From Pavona decussata (Eukaryota), in NCBI GenBank assembly GCA_977016875.1, contig CDRNST010000045.1, positions 124,001 to 188,000 of the forward strand: a stretch of DNA of 64,000 bases. The letters are read 5' to 3'. Under the pieces are notes generated by a model, which was not told the DNA's origin, searched no databases, and was given only the letters and a program-made list of their open reading frames with translations. A program made the position numbers and the translations under genes. Numbering within the stretch: the first letter of the stretch is position 1; each line of letters starts with the position of its first letter. Of the stretch, positions 25,338 to 36,974 are shown in pieces.

Positions 25338-26274
25338 TGTTAAAGGGGATTTTGCAAGTCTGTACAGAATTTTGGTCGTAGCACAAACAAATATATTGCC
25401 TGCTTAAGAAATGCACTATTCATCACGGGTTGGTTGTCCTTGAGTTAAACCATATTTAATCAGTTAAAAAGAAAGGAGTTGGTTCTTCTTGCAAGTTATT
25501 TATTCGCTTTCACTGCTAGAAGTTAGTTTGCTCTTAGATATTCGCCGTTTCTCTGTTCTCTGTTACCTTAGAAAACCAACAGAAGCAAAATGTAACAACT
25601 TGCAAAGCAAAATTAGCATTTCTTTTGTTCCTGGAGGATTCGGAAGTATTGTACTAAACTTAAGCCAACAATTATTTCCTTTGGTTTGTTAAGTTTAAAA
25701 TTACTTTTTATTGGAGTTCGTTTCGGTTACTTTAGAAGTAGATAGCTTCTACACGATTAATTTACAGCTAGCAAATTCAGCTGTCCCGTTATTTCCTAGT
25801 TGAATTGGTTCTCGTTAGACGTGTAGATGTACTTAATGAAAAATTTGTGTCATCTCCGGAAAGATTTACTTGCAGCTGTTCTTAGTCGTAGGATTCATTA
25901 AGATTTTCTAAGTTGTAATTTAGTGTATTCAGAAAGGCATTTGCCGCTGGAATTAGTTTACCAAGCTGGACTCACAATCTAGAGATTCAAGTGACAATTT
26001 TAATTTAGTTCACCATTTACACGACTTTGGTTCCGCTCTTAATAATTCAGTTTGTTATCTACAAAGACACTTGTTCCACTCAATCGTTTTGCATTTAGTT
26101 TGATTGTCACGTGTATAGCACCTTGTAAAAAACAATTAATGTACAAGCACATTAAAGCCTTATTGTACAAAGTTCTTTCGAATAACAAGTTGAGTCAGAA
26201 TAAAGCTCTGTTGAACCAATTTCTCGTTCTGTTGCTGAAGTTCTGCCCAGTTCGTGGTTAGATCCCTGGTATCA
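25338..26274 (+). mobile_element. Probable solo LTR
   Basis: TG...CA termini (TGTTAAAG...GGTATCA), AATAAA about 75 bp before the end, flanks GCTGG/CCTGG (4 of 5 match). Confidence 0.5.
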
Positions 26275-26592
26275 CCTGGAGAAGTGACAGTCTCTCCCTA
26301 CGAGCGAGTGCTCCCATTTCAGTGAAATTTCCCTGTGCGTTTCTGTTAAGCCTTCGTTGCAGTTTCCATGTATTTCCCGCAAAAGTTGGAAAAAATCTAC
26401 TGTCGCACTGGGGTGCTGTTCACATATAAATAACTTAACTTCTTTGCTCCTACCCTTCAGTAAGCGTGGAGAAAAAAACAACTAAATTGCGAGAAGGTTG
26501 CTGTGTAAAGGAGTAACTAGTGAATAATGTGCCATTAGTGCCGTACAAAGCAATATAACAAAAAGAAACTGATTGCTCACCATGTGAGATTC

Positions 26593-27040
26593 TCCATAGC
26601 TCGGTGGTTAGTATCCGACTGGTGTTTATAAGGTGTTATTTTCGTTTTGCTGCTCTGGTTTTTAATTGCATGACGAGATGTGCTCCGGAGTATTTGACAT
26701 CTATGCTTGCCAGAAGATCCGCCGTCTCGACAAAGAATACCAGAAACTCTCAACTCTTGAACATGCCACTCTTCCGCACTTACGCGCTTACTTAGGCAAA
26801 ACTTCTTAATGACTGTTTTTAGTTAATCCACTAGCTTTATCTTCTTTTATCATTGTCTTGTACTTAGTTATGAAATGTAAAATTGGCTCTGAAAAGCCAC
26901 CTGGGGACGAGACAATAAAATATGTATGTTTGTCTGTCTGTCTGTATGTATGTATGTATGCATGCATGCTTGCATGCATGTATGTCATGGGTTTAAAACC
27001 CTTCAGGAACTTCCCATGCTCTTGGCAAACTGAATAAGTG
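26593..27040 (+). mobile_element. tRNA-derived SINE split by a LINE 3' end
   Basis: A-box half TAGCTCGGTGGTTAGTATCCGACTGGTG...AAGGT ends at 26634; degenerate B-box half CATGGGTTTAAAACCC resumes at 26986. Confidence 0.6.
26635..26985 (+). mobile_element. L2/CR1-group LINE 3' fragment with (ATGT)n tail
   Basis: LVFNCMTRCAPEYLTSML...TRNSQLLNMPLFRT (ORF2 C-terminus), then a 3' UTR ending CTGAAAAGCCACCTGGGGACGAGACAATAAAA and a TATG repeat tail. Confidence 0.8.
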
Positions 27041-28129
27041 ACTCGCTAAGTATAAATGAGACTTACATCCACCATCTTTACATAGTTACTTTTCACATTT
27101 TACTTCAGTTACAGCAGTGTGAAGGGGAAAAGGCCAATACTTTATAAGAGGCACCCTTATTAGTGTTTACTAGCTGACAAACTCCTTACCCAACTTGATC
27201 TTAAATGTGCCTTGAATTTTCTATATAACTGCATACCTTTCAAACCATGACTAATATTACTCATAATAGAACGGTTCAAACTTCGAAAAGTCGTTAGAAT
27301 TTTCTGAAGCTCTTGCTCACACTAAAGACCTGTACAAGACTCGATACACTGCAATGACTTTTCTCCATGGCAGCTTTAGCAAAATCGGAGTTCTGTCCGG
27401 GGCAGTTATTTTGCAGAAATAGCTTTTCCTCCGCCTTATCAGCCACTTTAAACATCCTTATCCTTATGCTTATCCTTGTCTTGGGGAAGGGGAGCACAAG
27501 AGGTACATTTTTAACTTTCTTCCTGAAGGGTCACAACTTAACTTGACTAGACTGTATTTTAGGGTTATCTCGAGAGGTATTGATGGATAAGTTGTAGGTA
27601 TCTGTGGAGTAGCTTAAAGATGACGTATTTACGGTCTTTTCCTTTATGTAGAATCCGGCTGTTTCTATTTTCAGTACTCTGAAGTGATTAATTAAGCCTT
27701 CTATGAATGTTTTTTTTAATTTCAATTTAAATGAAGAGTTAGAGAGCTTACCTTAAATAGACAAAAAGATAGGTCTTGGTTCAGTCTTAGTTTTAGCCTT
27801 AGTATGACATTAAAGATTGATTTGTCATTTTGAATTATGTTTTTCTATATAGAGTTTGCTTCTCAGAACAGCAAGGAAGATATCAAAGAAATAAGGGTCT
27901 TCTTCTCTCCAGGCAATGTAAATTTAATATTTTGTAATTATTAAACCAAGGATTTAGGTCAAGTTGTAGTGCAATATTGTTAGTAAAGCCATAGAAAATG
28001 CAGATATCTCAGATAGTTAACGATTTCAAAGAAAACTTGTTACTTAACATGTCAGATGCAAGGAATTTGTTTTTGTTAAAAATATCTTTAACTGTAGTGA
28101 TTCCGGCATTCTGCCATTCTCTAGAAAAT

Positions 28130-28890
28130 TCGAGTCTGTTGTGCTATAAGGAGAAGGGCCGACACTCAAAAATTAGCATGGTTTACCAACGTGTTATTGA
28201 TACTGTTACACGAGCACGAGTGTACTATTTATGTAACATTCAAGGGCTGTCACCATGAAAAGTGGTAAAATGTGCCAGATTACCCACACAAGTGACACTA
28301 GAATGATGAAAGGTGCTGCTAGTAACAATAAAGTTGAGAGCCAGGCAGAAAAGGCAAATTATCTAGGAAACAGTGCTGCTTTAAGAGAGGGTGGAACACT
28401 TTTCATGCATAGGAATTATACAAGAAACCGGAGTCTTCGTGACGGAAGTGTCAGAAAGAACAATGTACCAATTTCTTAATTCTGGGGGGAACTTTTTTCT
28501 GCAGTCACGAAAAAAGGGAGTCTTAACTGTCACTGATATGCAAAAACGACTTGAGTTTGCCTGAATAATGAAGAGAAAGTATGGTGTGCAAGTATGGAAT
28601 ACATGAGTGGCTTTCTACCTTGGTGCAGTATCCTTCACATACAAGTGTAATACCCTGAGACCAGGCTTGTGCACCTAAGTAACGGGTTTGGAGAAACTGG
28701 GGTGAGGAACATACCGCTGTCTGTTTCGCCAAGGGAAGGAAAGAAGGAACTGGTGGCAAGTATGTTAGACTCATTGCAGACATATCTTATGGTAAAGTTG
28801 TCATTGCCTGTAATCCACGCCAGAAAATGATGGGGCGTTGTTTTGCAAATTCTATTGAAGGACAATTTCCAAGGATGTTTAAAGTGGCTG
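28130..28890 (+). pseudogene. Tc1/IS630-like transposase remnant
   Basis: FLQSRKKGVLTVTDMQKRLEFA, VAFYLGAVSF (first catalytic Asp mutated), AKGRKEGTGGKYVRLIADISYGKVVIAC and IEGQFPRMF; several stops and frameshifts. Confidence 0.7.
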
Positions 28891-29874
28891 ATTAAAAGAC
28901 AAAGAAGATGAAGAAGAGGAGCAGCCCCCACTGCCACGTTAGGAATGTGGTGATGGGAGGGAACAACAACGTGGAAGGCCAACCTGCCGAGGTGGCATTT
29001 TTGAAAGAGTTGAAAGCACAACAATGGGTTTTTACAGCTAACCTTTCAATGAAAGTTTTCTATCTGAAGCAAAATGTCCTCTAACGTGGCTGTACGTCAG
29101 ATTATGATCAGACACAAGCACCAGGCAAAATGCCCTCTTTTAGATAAATTTATAGAACAAGCCATAGCACCGTCAGAAGGTAACTTTTTTGGCAACTGAA
29201 GTGCTCTTTGAAGAATATCAAAGGTTGGTGGCCTTGTAGAAAGATAGAATTGCAAAGACGGACAAACGAGACCCTAATGAAACGAAATAGTTTCAACAGG
29301 GTAAGTGAACTCTCCTCACTTGTGATTCGGCTCTTTTGCACTGTTTGTTGCAACTATCCATTGTGAAACTTGAGCCAAAAGAAAAGCAGAAGTTGGTGAA
29401 AACGGCTGGTTGATGGGAAGTGATTTGCTTCTTAATAATCAACGGCAATTTATGAAAGCTATCATAGCACATGCAACCACAAATGGATGGCAGGTGGCCT
29501 CTACATCAACCCGTCACTTAAGAGGGTACCTGGGAATCAAACTGCAGCGCACCCAAAGGGAACCCCCAGGGAAGAAATATGTAAGAAAAAGTGCGAAGGT
29601 ACAAGGCACCTATTCCTCGGCCAGTGCCTCCAATCAAGGTAAATCCATAGAGAAATAATGGTTAGAGACATATCGTTTCACAAGTGAAAAAATGCCTCGA
29701 ACTAAAAAGGACAAGGCTTCCCAAGGGCAAACAGGCTCCAAAAATTCCACTTAAGGACAGTGCCTACCAGGACGCAGAAAAGAATGGGTGGTGAAACGTG
29801 CACTTGTCTCTTGAGCGATGTGTGATGCGGAGTGGGACTGGGGCGAGTGCGCTCTTCTGGAATTGTGAAAAAAG

Positions 29875-30263
29875 ATGGCGGCCGTCGAGGAGGAAGATCT
29901 TTGATCCTTCTTAGCCTCGACGACGAGGATCTAGACCGTAAAATCATTGAAACAGTTTTGGTGAAAGAAGCTGAACATGTGGAGGTAAATGACATTTTAT
30001 CTGTTCTCCAAACATTGTCGTTAAGTCATGAAGAAAGCGAGTCAAGATCAGCCAGTGAAATCCTTACTAAAATAGGCAGTCAGGATTCAGACCAGAGAGG
30101 CAGAGTTTTGGATGACAGCCTGCACAAGTTTGTAAGAGCGGTGAATGATGTTGTGCGTAGGTGTCATAAATCTGTCGAAAAAATCAAGGGACAGCAATTA
30201 AAGATGGTGAGATCTTACGACATCTTCGGAAACTCCTGTAAAAGTTGGCAGCTATACAAATGA
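29875..30263 (+). pseudogene. Second, convergent orphan gene of the P-like element
   Basis: AAAGATGGCG start 107 bp from the left end; after an early frameshift it reads LILLSLDDEDLDRKIIETVL...FVRAVNDVVRRCHKSVEKIK. Confidence 0.5.
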
Positions 30264-30417
30264 ATGTATTAATTTTATAAGAAACAGCAAATCAAGCACA
30301 TTTCTTAAGTTCAAATTGCGCTGTAAATTGTTGGTATTTTACTGTTGTTGATTGTAAACATTTTCCTTTTAGATAGTTTTATAAATCTTAGTTGTGTTTA
30401 AATTTAAATCTGAACTA

Positions 30418-30616
30418 CAGTTGAACCTCTACTAAGGGACACCTCCTAGATGTGCATATGCCTCCCCTACAGGACACTCAGCAATGATCCCAGCCACACA
30501 CGAACACTGCATTTTTAATATTCCATAAGCAGACACCTATTCTAAACGGACGCTGAATGTGGTCCGAGGGCACCCTTATGTTCACACGAGGGTCCTGTTT
30601 GAAAGAGGTTTGACTG
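30418..30616. mobile_element. Tc1/mariner-type MITE
   Basis: TA|CAGTTGAACCTCT...AGAGGTTTGACTG|TA. Confidence 0.8.
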
Positions 30617-32761
30617 TAGCTTTCCTCAGTAGATCTTAGGATAGGGTAACTGTTGTACAGTGATAATTGTGCCTTCAGATTCATTTTACCACTTAGGGCA
30701 CTAAACATAATAATGCAAATAAAACATGTATTTGTGTACACTACCATACTGTGGCACAATCACTCCCATCACCATATTGTCTTCTATTCTTCATAATTAT
30801 GTCAACAATCCATTCCACCATGTCAAATATACCATCTTTGCAATCTTTGAGGAAGCTGTTGCCCCTCATTGAAATATGACATATGTACACTCCTCCAATT
30901 CATAGACATTGGTTTGCTCGTTGGCCAAGGCCTTGGTAGCTTGAAAGGTTGTGTAGCCATTCACATTGTAGCCATATACAAAGGCTGTCATATTTTGTGT
31001 ACCTCCACACATTTGCCTTTGACATCAGAAAAATGACTCTAAAAAGTCCTGATTTAGTTTCTGAAGGATAAAAAATAGTTCCCCGTATTCATTTATAAAC
31101 TCTTGGGTCCCAATAAAACATAGTAGTTCATTGGTAGCTGCAATTGTCACCTGAAAATTGTAAAAGAAATTACAAGTGATAATTCTAAAGCTCATCAAGC
31201 AGAATCCCCTGTATTCAGTCCCATTGGTACCTGAAGGGAGGCCCAGAGTGGCAAGCGGTACTTTTTAGACACGTAAGTTGGGGGGGGGGGGGGGGGAGGA
31301 GGTGAGGGCGTGGGGCTCCATAGTGTAGTCAATATGAGAGAGGTTGCCATTGGGGGGTCCCCTAAGAAGGGGCCCCATGGAGTAGAGCATGATAGCAATG
31401 TTTGTCCAGACTCGTCACAATTTTTTAAACGCTGTGGTGATGAAAAAACTGCTATTCTCTTGTTTAAAGACCGAACACTGGGGCTCACAGGTGATAATAA
31501 AATTCTTTTCATTCTTGAAGCCATAACCACACGTGAACTTGACAACAGCTTTTTAACTTAACTTGACAACTGTTACAAAGAAAAACTTACTATTCCTTTC
31601 AAAAAGTTGCGATAACACGATGCACGATGCACGATGTTTCGAGCCGCTGACCTTGACGAGGACAGCTACTGTATGTAAAGTTTCACACCTAAATAAACTA
31701 CGCGCAGAGGATGCACTGAGTTCTATAGTTTCTAACTCAAAAAGTTCAAAAAAGTTCAAAACGAAATTAACACAGCTGAACGACCTAAGGTTGTTCTACA
31801 TCTAATTTGAATCCTATGCCTCAAGCTGCCTCATATCGCTGGTAATAAGCATCTGTCTCTTCACGACCAAGAGTCAACAACACTATTCTTCGAAGCGAAA
31901 TTTGTTTCATATTAAATTGTTCCTTGTTTAACATAATTATGTAACCCGATAGTTCTCACCTACAGCTTCAAACTACAATTGGCATAATATTTAAATTGAA
32001 AGTACCTTCAAATCTTGTACCGTTCTCTCGTAGTAATAACTTTTCTTCATCACCTATTGATCTCCATCGTCGCCATTTTTTTAACTTGAGCGCTTTCGAG
32101 CGCGCTCGCCCCAGTCCCACTCTTCATCACACATTGCTCAAGAGCCAAGGGCGCGTTTCACCGCCCATTCTTTTCTGCGCCCTGATGCCTACTATTGCTA
32201 CTGCGCATCTCGAGATTCTTGGGTTTTCTATGGGTAGTACCTACTAACACAGGTATATACCTACTATATACCAAAATTATCACGGTATTAGTAGGCACTG
32301 TCCCTAACACCATTCAACATTGATGAATTCACCAAATTAAATGCGTTTGACACCTGTTAAAAGTTAATAACTTTGAATGATAAGTTATGTTGCATCATTA
32401 GTTGCTATCAAACATTTGTACAACAAAGTCGCATTTAAAGATTTTGGAATGATGCTGAATCCAGTTAAATTTGACCTTAATTATTTATCCCTGGCTCTGC
32501 CTCGTTTAAGGACAATCTCTTTTTTGTGTGCTTTTCCGGGTAATATCACGACTGACCATCACTATACCATGGGGTACCAATCATGAAAAACACTTTACGA
32601 AAGTTTCTTAACCAGCAAATGAATAAAACATCTGAAATAAATTGAAAATGAAATCGTGCACTACATCACAAATCTTTTCACGAAAAGTTGGTACATGTGT
32701 AACCGGTGTTCAGAAAACAAAATAGAATTTTTAGTGAGGCTATTATGACTTAGTACACTCA

Positions 32762-33408
32762 AAATCAACAAGAGTAGCAGTTCTGTACAAGGAACTTGGC
32801 AAGGCATATGTAGAGGACTGCGATGGCAAATGGCTTTGTAAGAGTGAGCAAGTTCTGCGTGGCAATTCCATTGATCATTTTGTTTTTGCAGTAGTCGTGC
32901 AACATCTCTCACAGGAAGGCCATGGGAAATACTGCTATACCCCAATGTCCTACTGAAGGGGGTAGCTTTTTGTGGGAGGACTTTCTTGCTGAATCCATTT
33001 AAAGCAGTGCTCAAAACCTTTTCAAACTCTGCCTAGATCACATTTGCCTGGCTAAGGGCAGAAATTGCCAAGATCATATTCCTCAATGATTTCAGATGGT
33101 GTGCCAAAAAATATTTTCGTGGCACGATTTCTTGTTACTTTTGGAGGGCATGAAAGTACATACATACATACATACAAACTGCATTTACCAGCCCCAAAAA
33201 CACACTTCTCGTGGGACATAGAATTTACGCACGAGTAAGGAAGAGTTTAATCCCGATTTGCAGAGGAGTGTTAAACAAGAGGAAAACTGAAACGATACGC
33301 CTTCGCTGGAAGGTTTTCACCTCCTTCTTCCAAATTCCCCAGCAGGAACAGGAGATTATCCCTTCTTGCCTTTGTTGTTTTGCAGAATTAATATTCCCAC
33401 TAAGATAA
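32762..33408 (+). pseudogene. Superfamily-3 (NS1/Rep/D5-like) helicase remnant
   Basis: EDCDGKWL...EGHGKY, NVLLKGVAFCGRTFLLNPF (decayed Walker A), FAWLRAEIAKIIFLNDFRW (Walker B), WHDFLLLLEGMKVH..LPAPKTHF and RLRWKVF...PSCLCCFAELIF; stops, frameshifts and a (CATA)n insert. Confidence 0.7.
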
Positions 33409-33522
33409 CCTATTTAAAGTATATATAGTGACCAGAACCGTTAGTGGTGACACTTTTCCATGGTTCAGTATCTGGTCACCATTTTTCACAACACATTTAC
33501 GTAAAATACTCTGGGATATATA

Positions 33523-34340
33523 ATGGAAGAGACAGCAGCAAAGACAGGGTATTGGCCACAGGTTAGTAATTCATTACTTTCATTTTATTGGGACTATTCT
33601 GGGAGAATTTCATTGCGTTTTGAAGATGGTGACCTTCAACGTTACAAAGGACACTTCCTTATCCAAGGTTTTCCGTTGGTGAATTCCGGGCCGAAAAAAA
33701 AAAGGGTTTAGTTGAGTCCTGGCAGAAAACAATCGCGAAAAAACAAAAGCAATGTTCCCCAGACCCCTTACCTTCCATATGGACTTTCATTAATGCTTAC
33801 CAATGCCAAAAGTGACGTCGCAAGATTGGTATTACAGCAAGAAGTTAAGAACAAACCTTCTAGGGATTTAGGGTGCAAATGAAGGTACCATAATCTGTTT
33901 TTTCTATGATGCAAAACTCCAAAACGTCAGAGTTTATTTGGTCATGTTGAACATGATAAAGGACAAAAAACTTTCCTCCGACTACAGAACGTGGCCAGAA
34001 ACATTGACCAAGAGAATAACAAGTTTGAGCTAAAAAGGATTGCCTGGCTGAACTTCGGGTTTGGAGACACAGAGGACAAAGGTGGAAATCTTAAATTGGA
34101 ACATAAACCCGATTAAATTTACAACAGGTTTTGCATGGACCAGAAACAAACGCCTTCAACAGTTTGCTTCCAAAAGAAAATGCAAGCCACTAAGGCAGGA
34201 GAAAAGGCCAGTGCACGAGGGCATTAAAAACTTTGTTATAAAATGGGCACAGAAATAGCTCAAGGAAAACGGGATTCGCTTCTATCAGTTCTTACAATCT
34301 GTCGACGACGAGAACAATGTAAGTGACAATGATGACTGAA
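33523..34340 (+). pseudogene. Orphan gene remnant directly downstream of the helicase
   Basis: MEETAAKTGYWPQ followed by a possible short intron (CAG|GTTAGT), then LRFEDGDLQRYKGHFLIQGFPLV...VRVYLVMLN...EILNWNINPIKF...HEGIKNFVIKWA...DDENNVSDNDD* across shifting frames. Confidence 0.45.
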
Positions 34341-35890
34341 CCTTTTTTTTTTTCATGCTGTTAAGGATTCGAACTCATCAAGAGAAGATAAGGGATCGTC
34401 AACTGATGAATCTGGGAGAGTTCAAATCTCGATTCTCGAAATTAATTTTGATCAACTTACCCACCTCTGTTTCCTTTTATTATATAGTGTGTGAGTATCC
34501 ATTTAATCTTCTTTGAATATCGCTTTAAACCTATTGTATTTATACGAGTTCTTATTAAATATGTATTTAGTAGAGTATATTTAACTATTTTAATTGAATC
34601 TCTATCTGTTTGTTACTGTAATATGCAGGGCCTCTCTGAAACCTGCCCCATGTTGTGAGAGAGCACCCTTCATAAACACTGTTATGAATTAAAAGTTTAC
34701 ATTGCAAGTGGATCATTTTATGGACGAATTATATCTTTCCACTTTACATCTTCAATAATAACATGAGTTTCATCACGACCACAGGCATATCTGCTGTGTT
34801 TGTCAGATGGGACTGAGCAAATTGTCCCCTCTCCTCCTTCCTACCCATACCCATTAATTCTGCCCCAGAAATGTTCCCATTGTTGCGACCAAGAGTAAAA
34901 CATTTACAATTCACAGTTACCTGCATTCAAGAATTCCTGATTAGAATAAGAATCTCGCACTAGGGTTTTCCACCAGAGTACTGCTGGACTGGCACACCTG
35001 TACTATTAAGTTGTTACTCACTTCGTGCCCGACAAAATGTAGGGTGATTAAATAAAAATAAGTTTTCAGATACCAAAGTTTATTATGAGCCAAGATTGCT
35101 ACCTATTTTTTCTTATTATAGGAAATTATTTCATGTTAATAAAATTACTCGAAATTAGTGCCACTTAAATTAATGATAATTGGAGGAAAACTTCCCAATA
35201 AAGGAAATTAACACGAAAGAGCTGGTAAAATTTCAAAATGATGGAAATTAATGCGAATTACAGAAAAATACAGAATTTGTTGAGACAACATGAACAGATT
35301 CATTTGAACTCTAAGTGTAAAATCCGAAATGCAAAATTGATGTTTGCAAAATTGCCGCTTAATGTAGGGGTTAAGCGTAGGAATCTGTTCATGGTACCGG
35401 TGGATCTCCACCCTGATAAAGCAATGCTTATTCCCCACTGGCCAGCCAGGGTGGTCACTTAATAGAAGTCCGACTGTATTGGGATCTGGTTATTTTCGGT
35501 TAATGGAATCATTGATGGAGTAGTACAGTCCAGACCCAATTAACTTAAGAAACTTGCTTGAAGTGGGAGAAATAGCATTGGTAAAGAGTAGAACACAGGC
35601 GCAGAATCTCTCCTTCCATACATCAATGGTGATGCAAGATGCAGACAGAAAAATTCACTCTCGGTGCGTGCATTTTATTTTTGCCCTAACTTTCCTAGTT
35701 TTTGCTGTCTCCACTATCCTAGAGCATAGAACAGGTCATTTCTCGTCTCCCACACTAATTAGAGATAAGTATTTTGACCTCGTTATAATGAGGAGAAAAC
35801 CTATCAACAAATGAAAGTACTATCTGTCGAGAACACAATTGCTTTACAACCATCAGGAACCACTTGGTATAGTTGCACAGTTGCAACCCA

Positions 35891-35924
<34 letters not shown>

Positions 35925-35926
35925 TT
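35891..35926. repeat. (AAT)n microsatellite
   Basis: Direct reading. Confidence 0.9.
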
Positions 35927-36189
35927 GGGGTTTTGAAAGTTGCCAGCTTTTATAATTTCAATCTTCTGAGTAAGCGGCTGAAATTCCAAGTTAAATTTCC
36001 AAGTGAAAACAGAAGTCAGGTATAACAAGCAGATGTCGGCCTTAAACAAACACTTAGAAAGTAGCTAGTAAATCGGCCTAGTGAGAATACAACCATTGAT
36101 TGATAGTTATCCAGATCAATTGTTGTTTCAGTTGTTTTATGTTGTACATATGAAAAAAAAATTCCCCATCTACTTAATTTTTATTTATT

Positions 36190-36690
36190 ACAGACATTTA
36201 GCTCTTTCCTGGTTTAAACGTTCTCTTTTTCTTTTTAAATATTAAAATCATTAATGTTGTTAATTATTGTAAACATCTCCAACATTTTCAGTTCAGATGT
36301 TTTCAAGACCTTTGTAAGTCTCAATTTTAATAAATTACAGTTGGTGAAGGACCTCTTCACTCCCTCTTCTTGAGCTACTATCAGGCACACAATGATTCTC
36401 GTCAAAGTCAACTTAAGACATTCTATGATATTTACTTCGTTTCACAAACTAATTACTATTACTTTGTTGTTGTGTTTTCAGCTCAAAATGCAATTCTTGT
36501 CAGTGGTGTGTTTATTTGTCATTTGTGTCCCAAGTTTTTTAATCTTTAAAAAAGAGAGGAAAGTGGTACTATTGAAGGGGCGACTGGCTGAGGCCTTGAA
36601 GGAGGGGGACACGCTGTCTCAGGAACGGGACAGCCTGATATGACAGAGGGAATCACGCATATCAGGAGCAAGATCTTGCCCTATCAAGGC
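36190..36690 (+). repeat. Dispersed repeat A, copy 1 (contains an exon-like hydrophobic plus helical segment)
   Basis: Aligns with 45500-46040: shared TTGTAAACATCT..AACATTTTCAGTTCAGATGTTTTCAA, TTTCACAAACTAATTACT and TCTTTAAAAAAGAGAGGAAAGTGG. Confidence 0.85.
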
Positions 36691-36974
36691 CGGACTGTTT
36701 TGGGTGTTTACTATGGAGCCTGCTCCAGTAGAGAAGGAGGGTAAGGAAGATGAAAGGTTCGCTTCGGTAGGGGAATAGGCTTGCCTTTCTTCTAGCAGGC
36801 ATTTTATTCTAGCGTTAGCAGTTAATAATAATGATCAATAGTGGAGAGATTTCAATTCATTGTCTTTGTTGCGACAATGCTGTTTCGTATGGTCAAAGAG
36901 TGACCACACTCACCAGACAATATAAACGAATGACTGCTAAATTAAATGAACTGACAATAAAAGCTAAGTATGCA

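Larger units (their letters stand above)
29768..32184 (-). mobile_element. P-element-like DNA transposon with 87-bp TIRs and 8-bp TSD
   Basis: TIRs at 29768-29854 and 32098-32184 start CAGG; TSD GTGCCTAC/ATGCCTAC. A minus-strand exon from 31150 encodes QKLNQDFLESFF*CQRQMCGG, matching the P/THAP9 NQDxLExFF motif. Confidence 0.8.
29755..32303. mobile_element. Small TTAA-target MITE (Kolobok-like) interrupted within its left TIR
   Basis: TTAA|GGACAGTGCCTAC...GTAGGCACTGTCC|CTAA; the body is split by the 29768-32184 element. Confidence 0.75.

Noticed and set aside
26266-26280. tRNA-iMet primer-binding site (TGGTATCA)
   Set aside because: The match stops after 8 nt and no gag follows; it fits better as the end of the candidate solo LTR.
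27200-27920. Minus-strand coding-like stretch, possibly a LINE
   Set aside because: Only short open frames and no motif I could assign.
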